Source: an uncultured Acidobacteriota bacterium (GTDB lineage Bacteria > Acidobacteriota > Thermoanaerobaculia > Multivoradales > UBA5704). Taken from it: DNA of 64,000 nucleotides. Below the pieces are notes generated by a model. It saw only the letters and a program-made list of their open reading frames with translations. It did no database searches and was not told the origin of the DNA. The stretch is from contig CAVYRF010000002.1 in the NCBI GenBank assembly GCA_963770895.1, positions 352,001 through 416,000 of the forward strand, read 5' to 3'. The position numbers and the translations under genes were made by a program. Below, piece by piece: positions 11,240 to 19,719 of this stretch; position 1 is the first letter of the stretch, and each line of letters opens with the position of its first letter.

Positions 11240-12562
11240 GTGCCTTCCGAAAATGATGCCGAGGATGTCTGGCTGTTCCTGCGCAGCCTTCTGCTCCTTG
11301 GCCTCTTGCTGGTCGTTCTCGTCTCCGCCTGGCCTGTTGCCCCTCTTCTCGCCGTCGCGCTGGCCGGTTGGCGGCTGACCAGGGGACGCTACGCCGTCGG
11401 CTGGATGACCTTACACGAGTTCCTTGGCCCGGTTGCCGCGGGTCTTTCGGTGCTCTGCGCATCGCTGCTCCTGCTCAACGCCTTCGCACTTGGCCAATCC
11501 TGGCCCTTGGCGATCGAAGACTGGGTCGTGCGTATGAGCCTGCGCCTGTGTGATGTGCTGAAGATTCGCCCCGTGGCGGTGATCAGCGGCCTCGCCTGCC
11601 TGCTGCTCGTCAGCTTTGCCGCGCCTCGTCTCAAGCTCGTCAGGAAGATGATCGAGCTGAGAGGTATCCTGGACAAGGTCTGCCTCTTCCTCATGGTGAT
11701 CACCTCCTTTTCTCTCAGCTCGGCGCTCCCGATTAACCATTGGCAACTGGACTCTTCCATCGGGAGGTTCGCCTCCTATGAGGCGAACCTCAACCGTGAG
11801 CGCCGCGCGGCCGACCGAAGAAGGGTTCTGGCGGCGCTCGACGCGGGCGCACATCGGTTGACGTCTACCGATCTGGCCAACCTGCAGCAGCTGTTGGCAT
11901 CGATCGCGGCGCACGTGCCAAGCGGCGACGAACAAGAGGTCGTTCGCGGCGTCCTGCGGGCCGGCCTGGGAAAGGATGTTGAGGCCGCTGCCCCCGGAGC
12001 CGGTGAGACCGGCGAGCCAGCGTTGTCCGACGACACCGCGAAGCTGCGAGACGAACCCGTACCCCATGCCGTCCTCCAGGTGCCCACCAGCGAAGCAGAG
12101 TTGGACGAGGCCGAACGCCAGGTGCACGAAGAAGAACAGCGCGCCGACCAAGCGGAGCGCCGCATGCAGGAAAGCCGCGCCGCGCTGGCTGAATTTCTCA
12201 GTACGGTCGTGAGCGCCGCAATTCCCGAGCTCCATCCCGTCTTAAATGCATACATTGACGATCTGATAGACGTTGCGATCAAGCGGGGCATGGGCGCCGA
12301 TGCCGAGGAAGTCGCAGCCGACAAGGCGAAGAAGATCCTGCGGGCCTCGACCGCGCCTGACGACTCCCAAGCGCCGGAGGAACCCGCCCTGCGGGCCGCG
12401 AGAATGAGAGACTTGGTGGGGAATGTCGCGACTGAGGTCAGGACCGAAAAGCGAGCCGACGCCGCCGCGGCCGCCGCAGCAACAGCGGCCGAGGCCGCAC
12501 GCGAAGCAGTGGAGAGAGAGCAGGCCAGGGCGAGGGAAAGAGCTGTAGAAACAATTCGCTAG
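11240..12562 (+). CDS. Multi-pass membrane protein with C-terminal helical/coiled-coil region
   Basis: 440-aa ORF with several hydrophobic segments in the first ~165 aa and E/R/A-rich coiled-coil-like stretches after. GAGG RBS upstream of GTG. Confidence 0.7.
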   Translation: MPSENDAEDVWLFLRSLLLLGLLLVVLVSAWPVAPLLAVALAGWRLTRGRYAVGWMTLHEFLGPVAAGLSVLCASLLLLNAFALGQSWPLAIEDWVVRMSLRLCDVLKIRPVAVISGLACLLLVSFAAPRLKLVRKMIELRGILDKVCLFLMVITSFSLSSALPINHWQLDSSIGRFASYEANLNRERRAADRRRVLAALDAGAHRLTSTDLANLQQLLASIAAHVPSGDEQEVVRGVLRAGLGKDVEAAAPGAGETGEPALSDDTAKLRDEPVPHAVLQVPTSEAELDEAERQVHEEEQRADQAERRMQESRAALAEFLSTVVSAAIPELHPVLNAYIDDLIDVAIKRGMGADAEEVAADKAKKILRASTAPDDSQAPEEPALRAARMRDLVGNVATEVRTEKRADAAAAAAATAAEAAREAVEREQARARERAVETIR

Positions 12563-12682
12563 AACCATGCAGATTGCATACGAAATTACGCAACATGCGA
12601 TACGCTGCTGTCCTCATCAGGAATCCCCTATGGGAGCACAGCCTTGGCACAGCAGCCCTGAGGACCCGCAGCGTGCGCGGCG

Positions 12683-12797
12683 ACTTGGCGGCGCTCTGGG
12701 GCGAGGCAATGCGGGGACCCGCTGGCGATACGGCTCACCGCCAAGCCGCTTGCAGCCCCGCGAGCCCGCAGCGCGACGACAAGGGGAGCCCTCCCGG
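12683..12797 (-). repeat. Dispersed structured repeat, copy 2 (partial)
   Basis: acttggcggcgctctggggcgaggcaatgcggg...gacgacaaggggagccctccc matches copy 3 directly and copy 1 inverted. Confidence 0.85.
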
Positions 12798-13280
12798 CAG
12801 GCCGCGGACGACTACAAGACGGGGATCTTTGTGCGGCGCGACGGCGCCGAGGCGAAGGGCTGCGACAGCGCACTCCGCGGTCTCACCGGGCGGGCAGTAA
12901 CCCTCATCTGGCCATTTCGCCCGCGTCTTTCGCCTGCGCCTGCTGTGCGTCGTGCGACGGGAAATCCGCTGGCCTTCCAGGTTGAGTCGCAACCGCGGGA
13001 CGGCACCGAAGAGCCGCGGCAAACGTGGCGACGCTTGCGCGCATGGTGGTCACCAATTGCAGATCGAACGCAGCAGCCATCTCAACTGCTTGCTGCGTTA
13101 ACAACCAGGATCTTTGCGAACAGGCTCTCTTCGCGCACACCATGCGGACTACCGGCAGCAACACGCCCTCCAAAAGCGGCAGTGAGATACCGGCAGCTTC
13201 GCCCAGGCGCGCGCGTTGCGGCGAGCCGCCCTGTCGCGTGGAAGGCTCAGCGGGGGGGCAGCTGCCGCGCGTAAGCGGAT

Positions 13281-13553
13281 TCAGCCGCCGTAGGGGTCAG
13301 GTGCTGATCCTTCGTCGGTTTGCGGGTTGGAAGAGGTGCTGGCCGGCCGCCGGATCATCCCCTTGGCAGGTGCTGCCGTGGTCTGCCGCAGCGGCGCCAC
13401 TTCGCCGGAGAGCCATCCCCAGAGCCGGATCAACGGCTCCCAGACCGCGACTGGCCTGCTGCTCTGCGCCTGGAGCGATAAGGCGAAGGATGAAGTGGAG
13501 GCCACTGTCAAGGCAAGGAGTAGGGCGAGGGCGATGATGCGAGGGATACGCAT
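13281..13553 (-). CDS. Small secreted peptide (90 aa) ending TDEGSAPDPYGG
   Basis: AAGGAG RBS upstream of ATG 13553 and signal peptide MRIPRIIALALLLALTVASTSSFA. Confidence 0.7.
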   Translation of the reverse strand: MRIPRIIALALLLALTVASTSSFALSLQAQSSRPVAVWEPLIRLWGWLSGEVAPLRQTTAAPAKGMIRRPASTSSNPQTDEGSAPDPYGG

Positions 13554-13579
13554 GCGGGACTCCTTCCGCGGAGGCGATG

Positions 13580-13920
13580 CGGCCGGCCTGGGGCGAACCG
13601 ACCAGGCGCTTGCCATCCTGCTGCAGGTGCGCGCCGACTTCATCGCCACGGACAACTTCTACGTTGCAGCGCTGGTGACTCTGGAGCTGGCGGAGGTCCA
13701 CGCCGGCCTGGGCCACACGGCCGAGGTCAAGGCGTTGGCCCGCGAGTCGGAGCCGGTGTTCGAGAACCAGCAGGTGCATCGCGAGGCGCAGCGGGCGCTG
13801 GCGCTGTTCCGCCAAGCAGCCGAGGAGGAGAGGGCCAGCGGCGAGCTGCTCCGTCAGCTCATCGTCTACCTCCCCCGTGCACGCCACGATCCGCAGCTGA
13901 GCTTCGCCGCGAGGGCATGA
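13580..13920 (+). pseudogene. C-terminal remnant of a TPR-like helical protein
   Basis: GLGRTDQALAILLQVRADF...AALVTLELAEVHAGLG...VHREAQRALALFRQA is helical-repeat-like with coding-type GC3. No plausible start; the 5' end abuts the peptide gene's RBS. Confidence 0.6.
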
Positions 13921-13987
13921 GCGTCGTGCCAGCACCGTAGCGGCAAAGCGCGGCCCATGCCCGTCAGGGGTGCCGCCTGAATATCCT

Positions 13988-14546
13988 ATGCAGGCGAAGT
14001 ATATTTTTGATCTCGCCACTCGGTCGTCCCACGAAGGGATTGCCTTCATGCATCGCGCCAGGAAACAGGCGACCGAGGCGCCGCTGGAACCGTTGCTGGC
14101 AGTCCGACGAGGGGCGGATGGCACGACCTGGGAGTGCCGCCCGGGCGAGCTCTTCTCCCGGGTGTCGCCGCCGATCGGTGCGCCGCTGCCGAACCAGCGC
14201 GCCTACGTCCTGGCCGGCGAGCTGGAGCCGTCGCCCGTCGGCGTCGAGGGCGAGCTTGGTGCGGCGCTCACTCCGCCGAACGCAGGAAATCCAGGAAGCG
14301 CTCGAAACTGCGCCGCGGCAAGCCGGCGATCGCGCCCAGGACAGCCGACGCGCAGCATGGCCGCTTGACGGCCCCCCACGGCACGCAATAGCATTCCAGC
14401 AATCCACCGAGTTCCCTTCGTCGAGGAGGCGTCGCATGCGGCCTTTCGTCAGTAGAGAGCGCCCGCCAGGGATTCTGCACCGGGCAGCGCTGAAGTTGCT
14501 TGCGGAAGGCAGCCGATGGCCACGTCGGCGATGCGTTTGATTTGCC
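13988..14546 (+). other. Possible frameshifted coding segment upstream of the HD gene (N-terminal extension or separate ORF)
   Basis: Protein-like stretches in successive frames (MQAKYIFDLATRSSHEG..., TQEIQEALETAPRQ..., DGHVGDAFDLP). Confidence 0.35.
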
Positions 14547-16613
14547 ATGGACCCCTTCGTACGCCAGGTCATGCTGGGCTCCGCTCGGTGGTTCATACCG
14601 CCCAACGCCGGGCTGTTTCAAAGCTGCGCCCTTCGCCCCCTTGATCGCGAAGCCGCGTCAAGCGATGAAGCCGCCGATTCCCTGCAGATCATCGCTTTTC
14701 CGGTGGCCGTACGACCGCGCTCCGTGATCGGGCAAGATCCTCTGGCACTGAAACGTCTGTTCTTTTCCCCACTGGTGGTACGCCTACATTACGTGGCCCA
14801 GCTCGCCACCACCTATCTACGAGCCAATATCGACGCGCGCCACTGTCGGCTTTCTCATGCCCTGGGCACTCTCTGTACCCTGAGTTATCTTTGCGACATG
14901 CTTGTCGCAAGGATTGCGAGTGATCCCAAAATCGCCAGCGTCTGCATGCCCACGACGGACGAAGTCATCTTCGCCTTCACCTACGCGGCGTTGCATGACG
15001 CATTTCAAGGGCCCTTCGGCCATACCCTTGATGCCTTGCGCGAAGAGCTGATCGGCGGCCTGGACGCCAGCCGGCGATTGGACAAGACCCTGCTGAACTT
15101 CATCGTCGGCAGTGCGCTCGAACTCAAAGAAACCGGCACAATACCGGGCATGCCGGAGCCGCCGAAGGCGATAAGCGCGCTCTGCGAGGTCCTTGACCAG
15201 GCAGTCGCCGCGCCACTTGGTCTGGATACCACTGCGCTGCTGCGCTGGGTCCACAATGCGAGCCTGCGCGACCCCTCGTCATTGAGCGCCAGCGCGCGGG
15301 AGCGGAGGCGCCAACTGGGATGGCTCTACAGCCTGCTCGAGGGACCGGTGGACGCGGATCGCTGGGACTATCTTTGGCGCGATACTCTCCATCTCGGCTT
15401 CACTCGCGATCACGATTTGATCTCTGAACTGCTGAGGGACTTTTGCGACGATCTCAGGGTGCATTGGGATGGCGAGCAATCGCGCCTGACGGTAAGCCAG
15501 CCGATCGCAAGACGCCTGGACGCAAATTTCTTCGCGCTGCGCAACGAGCTCTATCGCAATGTTTATGAGAATCCAGAGAAGCGGATCATCGACGGCATCC
15601 TATTGCGCTGTATCTATCTTGGCCTCCTCAGACATGCCCCCAAGCCGGCGCGATGGCCGTTTTGGGCACAGGATTTTCACTATTTTGAGTTCCTGCTCAA
15701 CTTTGTCCATTTGACCGACGCCGACCTTCTGTCCATTCTGGAGCAGATCGATAACCCTCTGCTGGCGCTATTCGCGCGCGACATCAGGACCTATCCCGCG
15801 ATCCGGCTCTTCTGGCAAATGATGCTGCCCAGCGAGGAAATCAAAACCACGCTCATCACGTCGTCGCAGAAGCTGACGGCCTTTAAGTACACCGGCATTC
15901 AGCCGCCATCCTGGGCGTCGCCGGACAAGCCCGATTGCACTCCCGCGGAGCGCGTCATCGACGCGCTTACCGCGACCAAGCAGCACCTGCTGGCGCAAGG
16001 CGAGGTGGCGACGATTGGCGGAGACCGGCTCAGATCCCTGCTCCTGCACTGCTCGATCCTCCCCAAGCGACCGGCTCGAGTGCTGCAATTCGAGCGTCTC
16101 GCCTGGAAACTGGTCAAAGCGTTGCTCGCGGGCGCGGGCATTGTCGAATTAATTCACGGCTCGTTCTTGCAAGCCTTGGCGACGACGAGACTTGCGGCTA
16201 ACCAGGCCGGCCAGGAGGACATCGCTTCGCTGCTCGACGAATGCCCGCCATTGTTCGTGTCGTTTCCGTGGATTGCGAGCCTCTCTGAGATGTCGATCAG
16301 CGAGATGTCGCGCGAGCCGGACGAAGAGACGCAGCTTTATGTGCGCACCGACAACGGCCACGTGCAGGCTCGCAAGGCCAAGCCCCTGGACAATGACCCC
16401 GCCATGTACGTAGCCGTGGCTGGCTATCCGTTACACGCCACGAGTCAGTTGAATCCCAGGCAGATCGAGCGGTTCGAGTTCGCGGCGTGCTGGGCGTTGA
16501 ACCTCCTGCTGGACAGTGGCTGTGAGCTTGCGTTGCCGCGCGACCTGGTGACCCCTGAAATGGATTCGGTGATCATCGACTTTCTGTCGCCCGCAGGCCT
16601 GTTCACGGAGTGA
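14547..16613 (+). CDS. HD-superfamily phosphohydrolase, SAMHD1/dGTPase-like, with a long unassigned C-terminal region
   Basis: Motifs RLHYVAQL, RHCRLSHALG, ALHDAFQGPFGH, VDADRWDYLWRD and RNELYRNVY follow the dNTP triphosphohydrolase pattern. Confidence 0.85.
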   Translation: MDPFVRQVMLGSARWFIPPNAGLFQSCALRPLDREAASSDEAADSLQIIAFPVAVRPRSVIGQDPLALKRLFFSPLVVRLHYVAQLATTYLRANIDARHCRLSHALGTLCTLSYLCDMLVARIASDPKIASVCMPTTDEVIFAFTYAALHDAFQGPFGHTLDALREELIGGLDASRRLDKTLLNFIVGSALELKETGTIPGMPEPPKAISALCEVLDQAVAAPLGLDTTALLRWVHNASLRDPSSLSASARERRRQLGWLYSLLEGPVDADRWDYLWRDTLHLGFTRDHDLISELLRDFCDDLRVHWDGEQSRLTVSQPIARRLDANFFALRNELYRNVYENPEKRIIDGILLRCIYLGLLRHAPKPARWPFWAQDFHYFEFLLNFVHLTDADLLSILEQIDNPLLALFARDIRTYPAIRLFWQMMLPSEEIKTTLITSSQKLTAFKYTGIQPPSWASPDKPDCTPAERVIDALTATKQHLLAQGEVATIGGDRLRSLLLHCSILPKRPARVLQFERLAWKLVKALLAGAGIVELIHGSFLQALATTRLAANQAGQEDIASLLDECPPLFVSFPWIASLSEMSISEMSREPDEETQLYVRTDNGHVQARKAKPLDNDPAMYVAVAGYPLHATSQLNPRQIERFEFAACWALNLLLDSGCELALPRDLVTPEMDSVIIDFLSPAGLFTE

Positions 16614-16619
16614 GCGGCG

Positions 16620-17084
16620 ATGAGATGCCACTACTGCGGCGGTGAATCGCGCGTGGTGGATTCGCGGCCGCTGCAAGATGGCATCCGTAGGCGACGGCAA
16701 TGCATTAGCTGCGGCAAGAGGTTCACGACCCACGAGCGCTTGGCGGCGCTTGAGCTCAAGGTCGCCAAGGCGCGCGGCCGTCCGCCTGAGGAGTTTCAGG
16801 CGGCGAAGATTGCGGCCACCATCAAGCGGGTGTGCAAAGGGCTGGAGGTGCCGCCCGGATGCGCCGAGCAAATCGCCAGAAAGATCGAGCGCGAGCTGGC
16901 GGACAAAAACGTCGCCATGATCAGGACGGCTGAGATCGCCGCGATCCTCATGAATGAGTTAGGCGCTGTCAGCGAGGCGGCGCTGGAACGATTTGCCATC
17001 AATTACGCCTTGGATGGGGACGCGGCCCAGAGGCGGCCGGCGTCTTCCATGGAACAGCAGATCCCTCTCTTCGGAGAGGAGTAG
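16620..17084 (+). CDS. nrdR: Divergent NrdR-like protein (Zn ribbon + ATP-cone)
   Basis: MRCHYCGGESRVVDSR...GIRRRRQCISCGKRFTTHER is the NrdR N-terminus; the ATP-cone is recognisable but diverged. Starts 6 nt after the HD gene stop. Confidence 0.85.
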   Translation: MRCHYCGGESRVVDSRPLQDGIRRRRQCISCGKRFTTHERLAALELKVAKARGRPPEEFQAAKIAATIKRVCKGLEVPPGCAEQIARKIERELADKNVAMIRTAEIAAILMNELGAVSEAALERFAINYALDGDAAQRRPASSMEQQIPLFGEE

Positions 17085-17098
17085 CGGGCAACGTGAGG

Positions 17099-17365
17099 TC
17101 AGCGGATTTCGACGCTGCCGATTTCGACCAGCCGCTGTTTGCTGCTGACAAGGTAGACGATCACGAAGGGGTCGGGATCCCATACGCGCTCTCCCGCGGT
17201 GCCGGCGGTGAGGCTGGGAGCGAGCTCCCTGGAGCCGGCAGGCTTGGGATCGTGCTCCAGGCTGAGCAAACGCAGGGCCAGCTCCCTGGCCAACGCGACG
17301 TCGCGCTTCGCCAGCGACCGTACGGCCTCGGCGGCGGGCTCCAGCACTGTAACCTTATAGATCAA
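17099..17365 (-). CDS. RelE/ParE-fold type II toxin (atypical)
   Basis: YKVTVLEPAAEAVRSL...SLEHDPKPAGSREL...FVIVYLVSSKQRLVEI. TTG start overlaps the antitoxin 3' end. Confidence 0.7.
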   Translation of the reverse strand: MIYKVTVLEPAAEAVRSLAKRDVALARELALRLLSLEHDPKPAGSRELAPSLTAGTAGERVWDPDPFVIVYLVSSKQRLVEIGSVEIR

Positions 17366-17627
17366 GGTCGATGGACGCCAGGAAGTCGCGCAGATCGTAG
17401 CGGGGGCCCTGCAGGGCGCGCCGCAGCTGCTCGGCTCGTATACTGTCTTCGATCCCCTGCAAGCGCTTGAAGGTTTCGGCCTCGACCAGGTACGCGGCCG
17501 TTTGATCGCGCTTGCGGATCTCGATCGGCCGGCGGGAAGTGCGCACCTCGTCGACCAGGGAAGAAAACTGCGACTTAGCCTCTGCAATGGCCACAGACCT
17601 GATTCCACCGTCACGCGCTCGACTCAT
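17355..17627 (-). CDS. Phd/YefM family antitoxin
   Basis: SVAIAEAKSQFSSLVDEVRTSRRPIEIRKRDQTAAYLV is the Phd signature; GGAGG RBS. Confidence 0.85.
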   Translation of the reverse strand: MSRARDGGIRSVAIAEAKSQFSSLVDEVRTSRRPIEIRKRDQTAAYLVEAETFKRLQGIEDSIRAEQLRRALQGPRYDLRDFLASIDLDL

Positions 17628-17720
17628 CTGCAGACCTCCCTCGGACTTGCGGTGGACGGGTGATGACCTGACCAGAAAGCCCAGATGGACAGTTTAGACC
17701 AAAAAGCCTAACATGGTCAA

Positions 17721-18530
17721 ATGGATCATGGCGTAGTCGTCTTTGCAGATGTCCTCGGCTTTGGGCGCCTTTCGGAGACGGTGCCGGCTGGTGCGGAGGA
17801 TTCTCTGGCGGCTATCGCGAGCCTCCTGTCGCGCACCGATGTCCTGGGCGACGTGCTCAACCGCCAGAGATGGGCGGCACGTTACGGCCTGAGCGATTCG
17901 CTTTTCCTCGTGGCCACGGACGCCGGAGAAGCCGTCGCGGCGGCAGCGGAGCTCTTCTTCAACCTCGCTTACGTGACGCACGGCGGCCCGACCCCGGTGT
18001 TGATCCGCGGCGGGATCGCGGCCGGAGAGATCCTGCAAGTGGGTCCGCTGTTCCCCGAGTCAGCCATGGCAAACCTCGTCGGACCGGCGGTCGTTCAGGC
18101 GGTGGGCCTGGAGAAGACCTCTCTCAAGGGGCCGCGGCTTTTCATCACCAGCGCACTCGCGGTGGAGATAGAGCGACGCGGCTCCGGGTTGGGCTGGTTG
18201 CTGGATCACCAAGGGAGCACGTGGGAGATCCTTTGGCCGCTGCCGCCGCAACCCGATGCCGCAAACGGCCGCCTGATCGGCGAGCTGTGCGACAAAGCGC
18301 TTGGGCTGGTGGAGCGCAACGCCGGCAACCCGGATGCCGGCAAGCACTACCTTGGATATCTGGATTTGACGATCCGTTCGCTGTCGCGCCTGCTCGCGAC
18401 CCGCCGGGAGCAGGCGATGATTGCCATCGACGCCTCCCGGCTCAAGCAAAGAGCCAACCTGCTTGAGGCGCTCCTGATGTCGCCAGAGTTGGCCTTGGCA
18501 AAGATGCTCGGCAGGCTTGCCGGTCTGTGA
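17721..18530 (+). CDS. Stand-alone class III nucleotidyl cyclase-like protein
   Basis: FADVLGF, LSDSLF, IRGGIAAGE and LVGPAVVQAVGLEK...GPRL match the cyclase-fold pattern with both metal-binding Asp residues. Confidence 0.7.
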   Translation: MDHGVVVFADVLGFGRLSETVPAGAEDSLAAIASLLSRTDVLGDVLNRQRWAARYGLSDSLFLVATDAGEAVAAAAELFFNLAYVTHGGPTPVLIRGGIAAGEILQVGPLFPESAMANLVGPAVVQAVGLEKTSLKGPRLFITSALAVEIERRGSGLGWLLDHQGSTWEILWPLPPQPDAANGRLIGELCDKALGLVERNAGNPDAGKHYLGYLDLTIRSLSRLLATRREQAMIAIDASRLKQRANLLEALLMSPELALAKMLGRLAGL

Positions 18531-18945
18531 TCCTGCGCTGGCGGAGCGCTGGGGAGTGCGAGAAGCGGGCACCAATCCGAGCCGCTGCGTCGACAAGTTA
18601 CCGGAAAAGCGCTGCGAGCGCTTCCTTGTGGGCGCCGAGCTGACCCGTCTCGGCGAAGTGTACGCTGCGGCCGAGCGCAGCGACGCCGAGCGCCGGCGGT
18701 CATCGCCGTTCTCCGGCTCTTGGTCCTGACCGGCTGCCGGAAGTCCGAGATGCTGACCCTACGCTGGGAGGACGCGGACCTTGAGCGCGGTGCCCTGCAC
18801 CTGCCGGATTCCGGGACCGGCCCGAAAAGCGTGCCGCCGGGCGCCGCCGCGGCCGAGATCCTGGCCAACCTCGCGCGTCGCCGGCAACCCGCACGTCGTT
18901 CCTGGCGAGCGCCCGGGTTCGCATTGGGTCAACGTCGACCCTTGG
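18531..18945 (+). pseudogene. Tyrosine recombinase/integrase remnant (frameshifted, truncated)
   Basis: TNPSRCVDKLPEKRCERFL, LTGCRKSEMLTLRWEDADLERGALHLPDS and GNPHVVPG lie in different frames; no HxxR or catalytic Tyr follows. Confidence 0.8.
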
Positions 18946-18954
18946 CTTACCAGT

Positions 18955-19098
18955 GCGAGGAACACTCGGAATCGTGTTGCTCGGCAAGAACACGGAATGC
19001 TTGTCGCAGCTCGCCCCTTGCTCGAATCTCTTCGACAAGCTGGGGTGTACCTGTCCGACTCAGTGATGAATCGCGCTCTGAGGCTCGTAGGAGAATAG
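18955..19098 (+). pseudogene. C-terminal fragment of a DUF3368 (PIN-like) protein
   Basis: (G)TLGIVL, then after a frameshift ARPLLESLRQAGVYLSDSVMNRALRLVGE*. Confidence 0.6.
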
Positions 19099-19197
19099 CG
19101 CGGACCGATGGCTGGCAGCTCGTTGCGATGAGGCGCAGTCACCAGCAATGCCTGCGTCGGGCACGCCGGGAATTCCGCGGCAAGGCGCACGCGGCTG

Positions 19198-19700
19198 TTA
19201 CTTCCGCCTGGAATAAGCCTGCCACAACACCCACAACACCGCGGTCAGGGCGATTGCGGCGACGAGTGCGAGAAAGGCGAGCGTGAGGCTCCCGTGCCCC
19301 CGGTCGTACCGCATCGGCTCGAGGCAGGATTTGGTCGGGTGCTGCGGATCGTACGCCACCCGCACCTCCCTGCCAACTGGATATTGGGCGGCGATGCGCC
19401 GCGCCTCGTAGAGCCCTTCGTAGATTTCGTCGAAGCAGAGGCCCTCGCTCTCGTAGTACGTGCTGCTGCCCGGCTCGAGCTGATAGCTATAGATCAGGTC
19501 CAGATGGTAAAGCGCCGTAGAGTTGCCAAAACGGGCACGGCGGTAGTGGGAAAAGTGGATGCTCGACTGCAGGATCAGGCCTTCGCCTTGGGCCAACCCG
19601 TCGCCTCATGGTGGAGCCGTAGGTTCCGCGCCTCCGAGAAGGCCAGGATGGCCACGTAGAGGAACGCGCAGGCCATTTCGATTTCGCAGGCGACCGAGGC
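19198..19700 (-). pseudogene. DUF3592-family membrane protein, frameshifted near 19592
   Basis: TM segment + ATGWP in one frame continues as QGEGLILQSS...YSYQ...QYPVGREVRVAYDPQHP in another. The break is at a C run, so it may be a sequencing error. Confidence 0.65.
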
Positions 19701-19719
19701 GCCGCTGGAGCCGTCGCTG

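Noticed and set aside
13900-14546. Canonical NrdR boxes upstream of the HD-nrdR pair
   Set aside because: No tandem acaCwAtATaTwGtg-like site seen, only short AT-rich patches.
18531-18945. Active prophage or ICE
   Set aside because: The integrase is fragmentary, and no tRNA/att site, structural or conjugation genes were seen.
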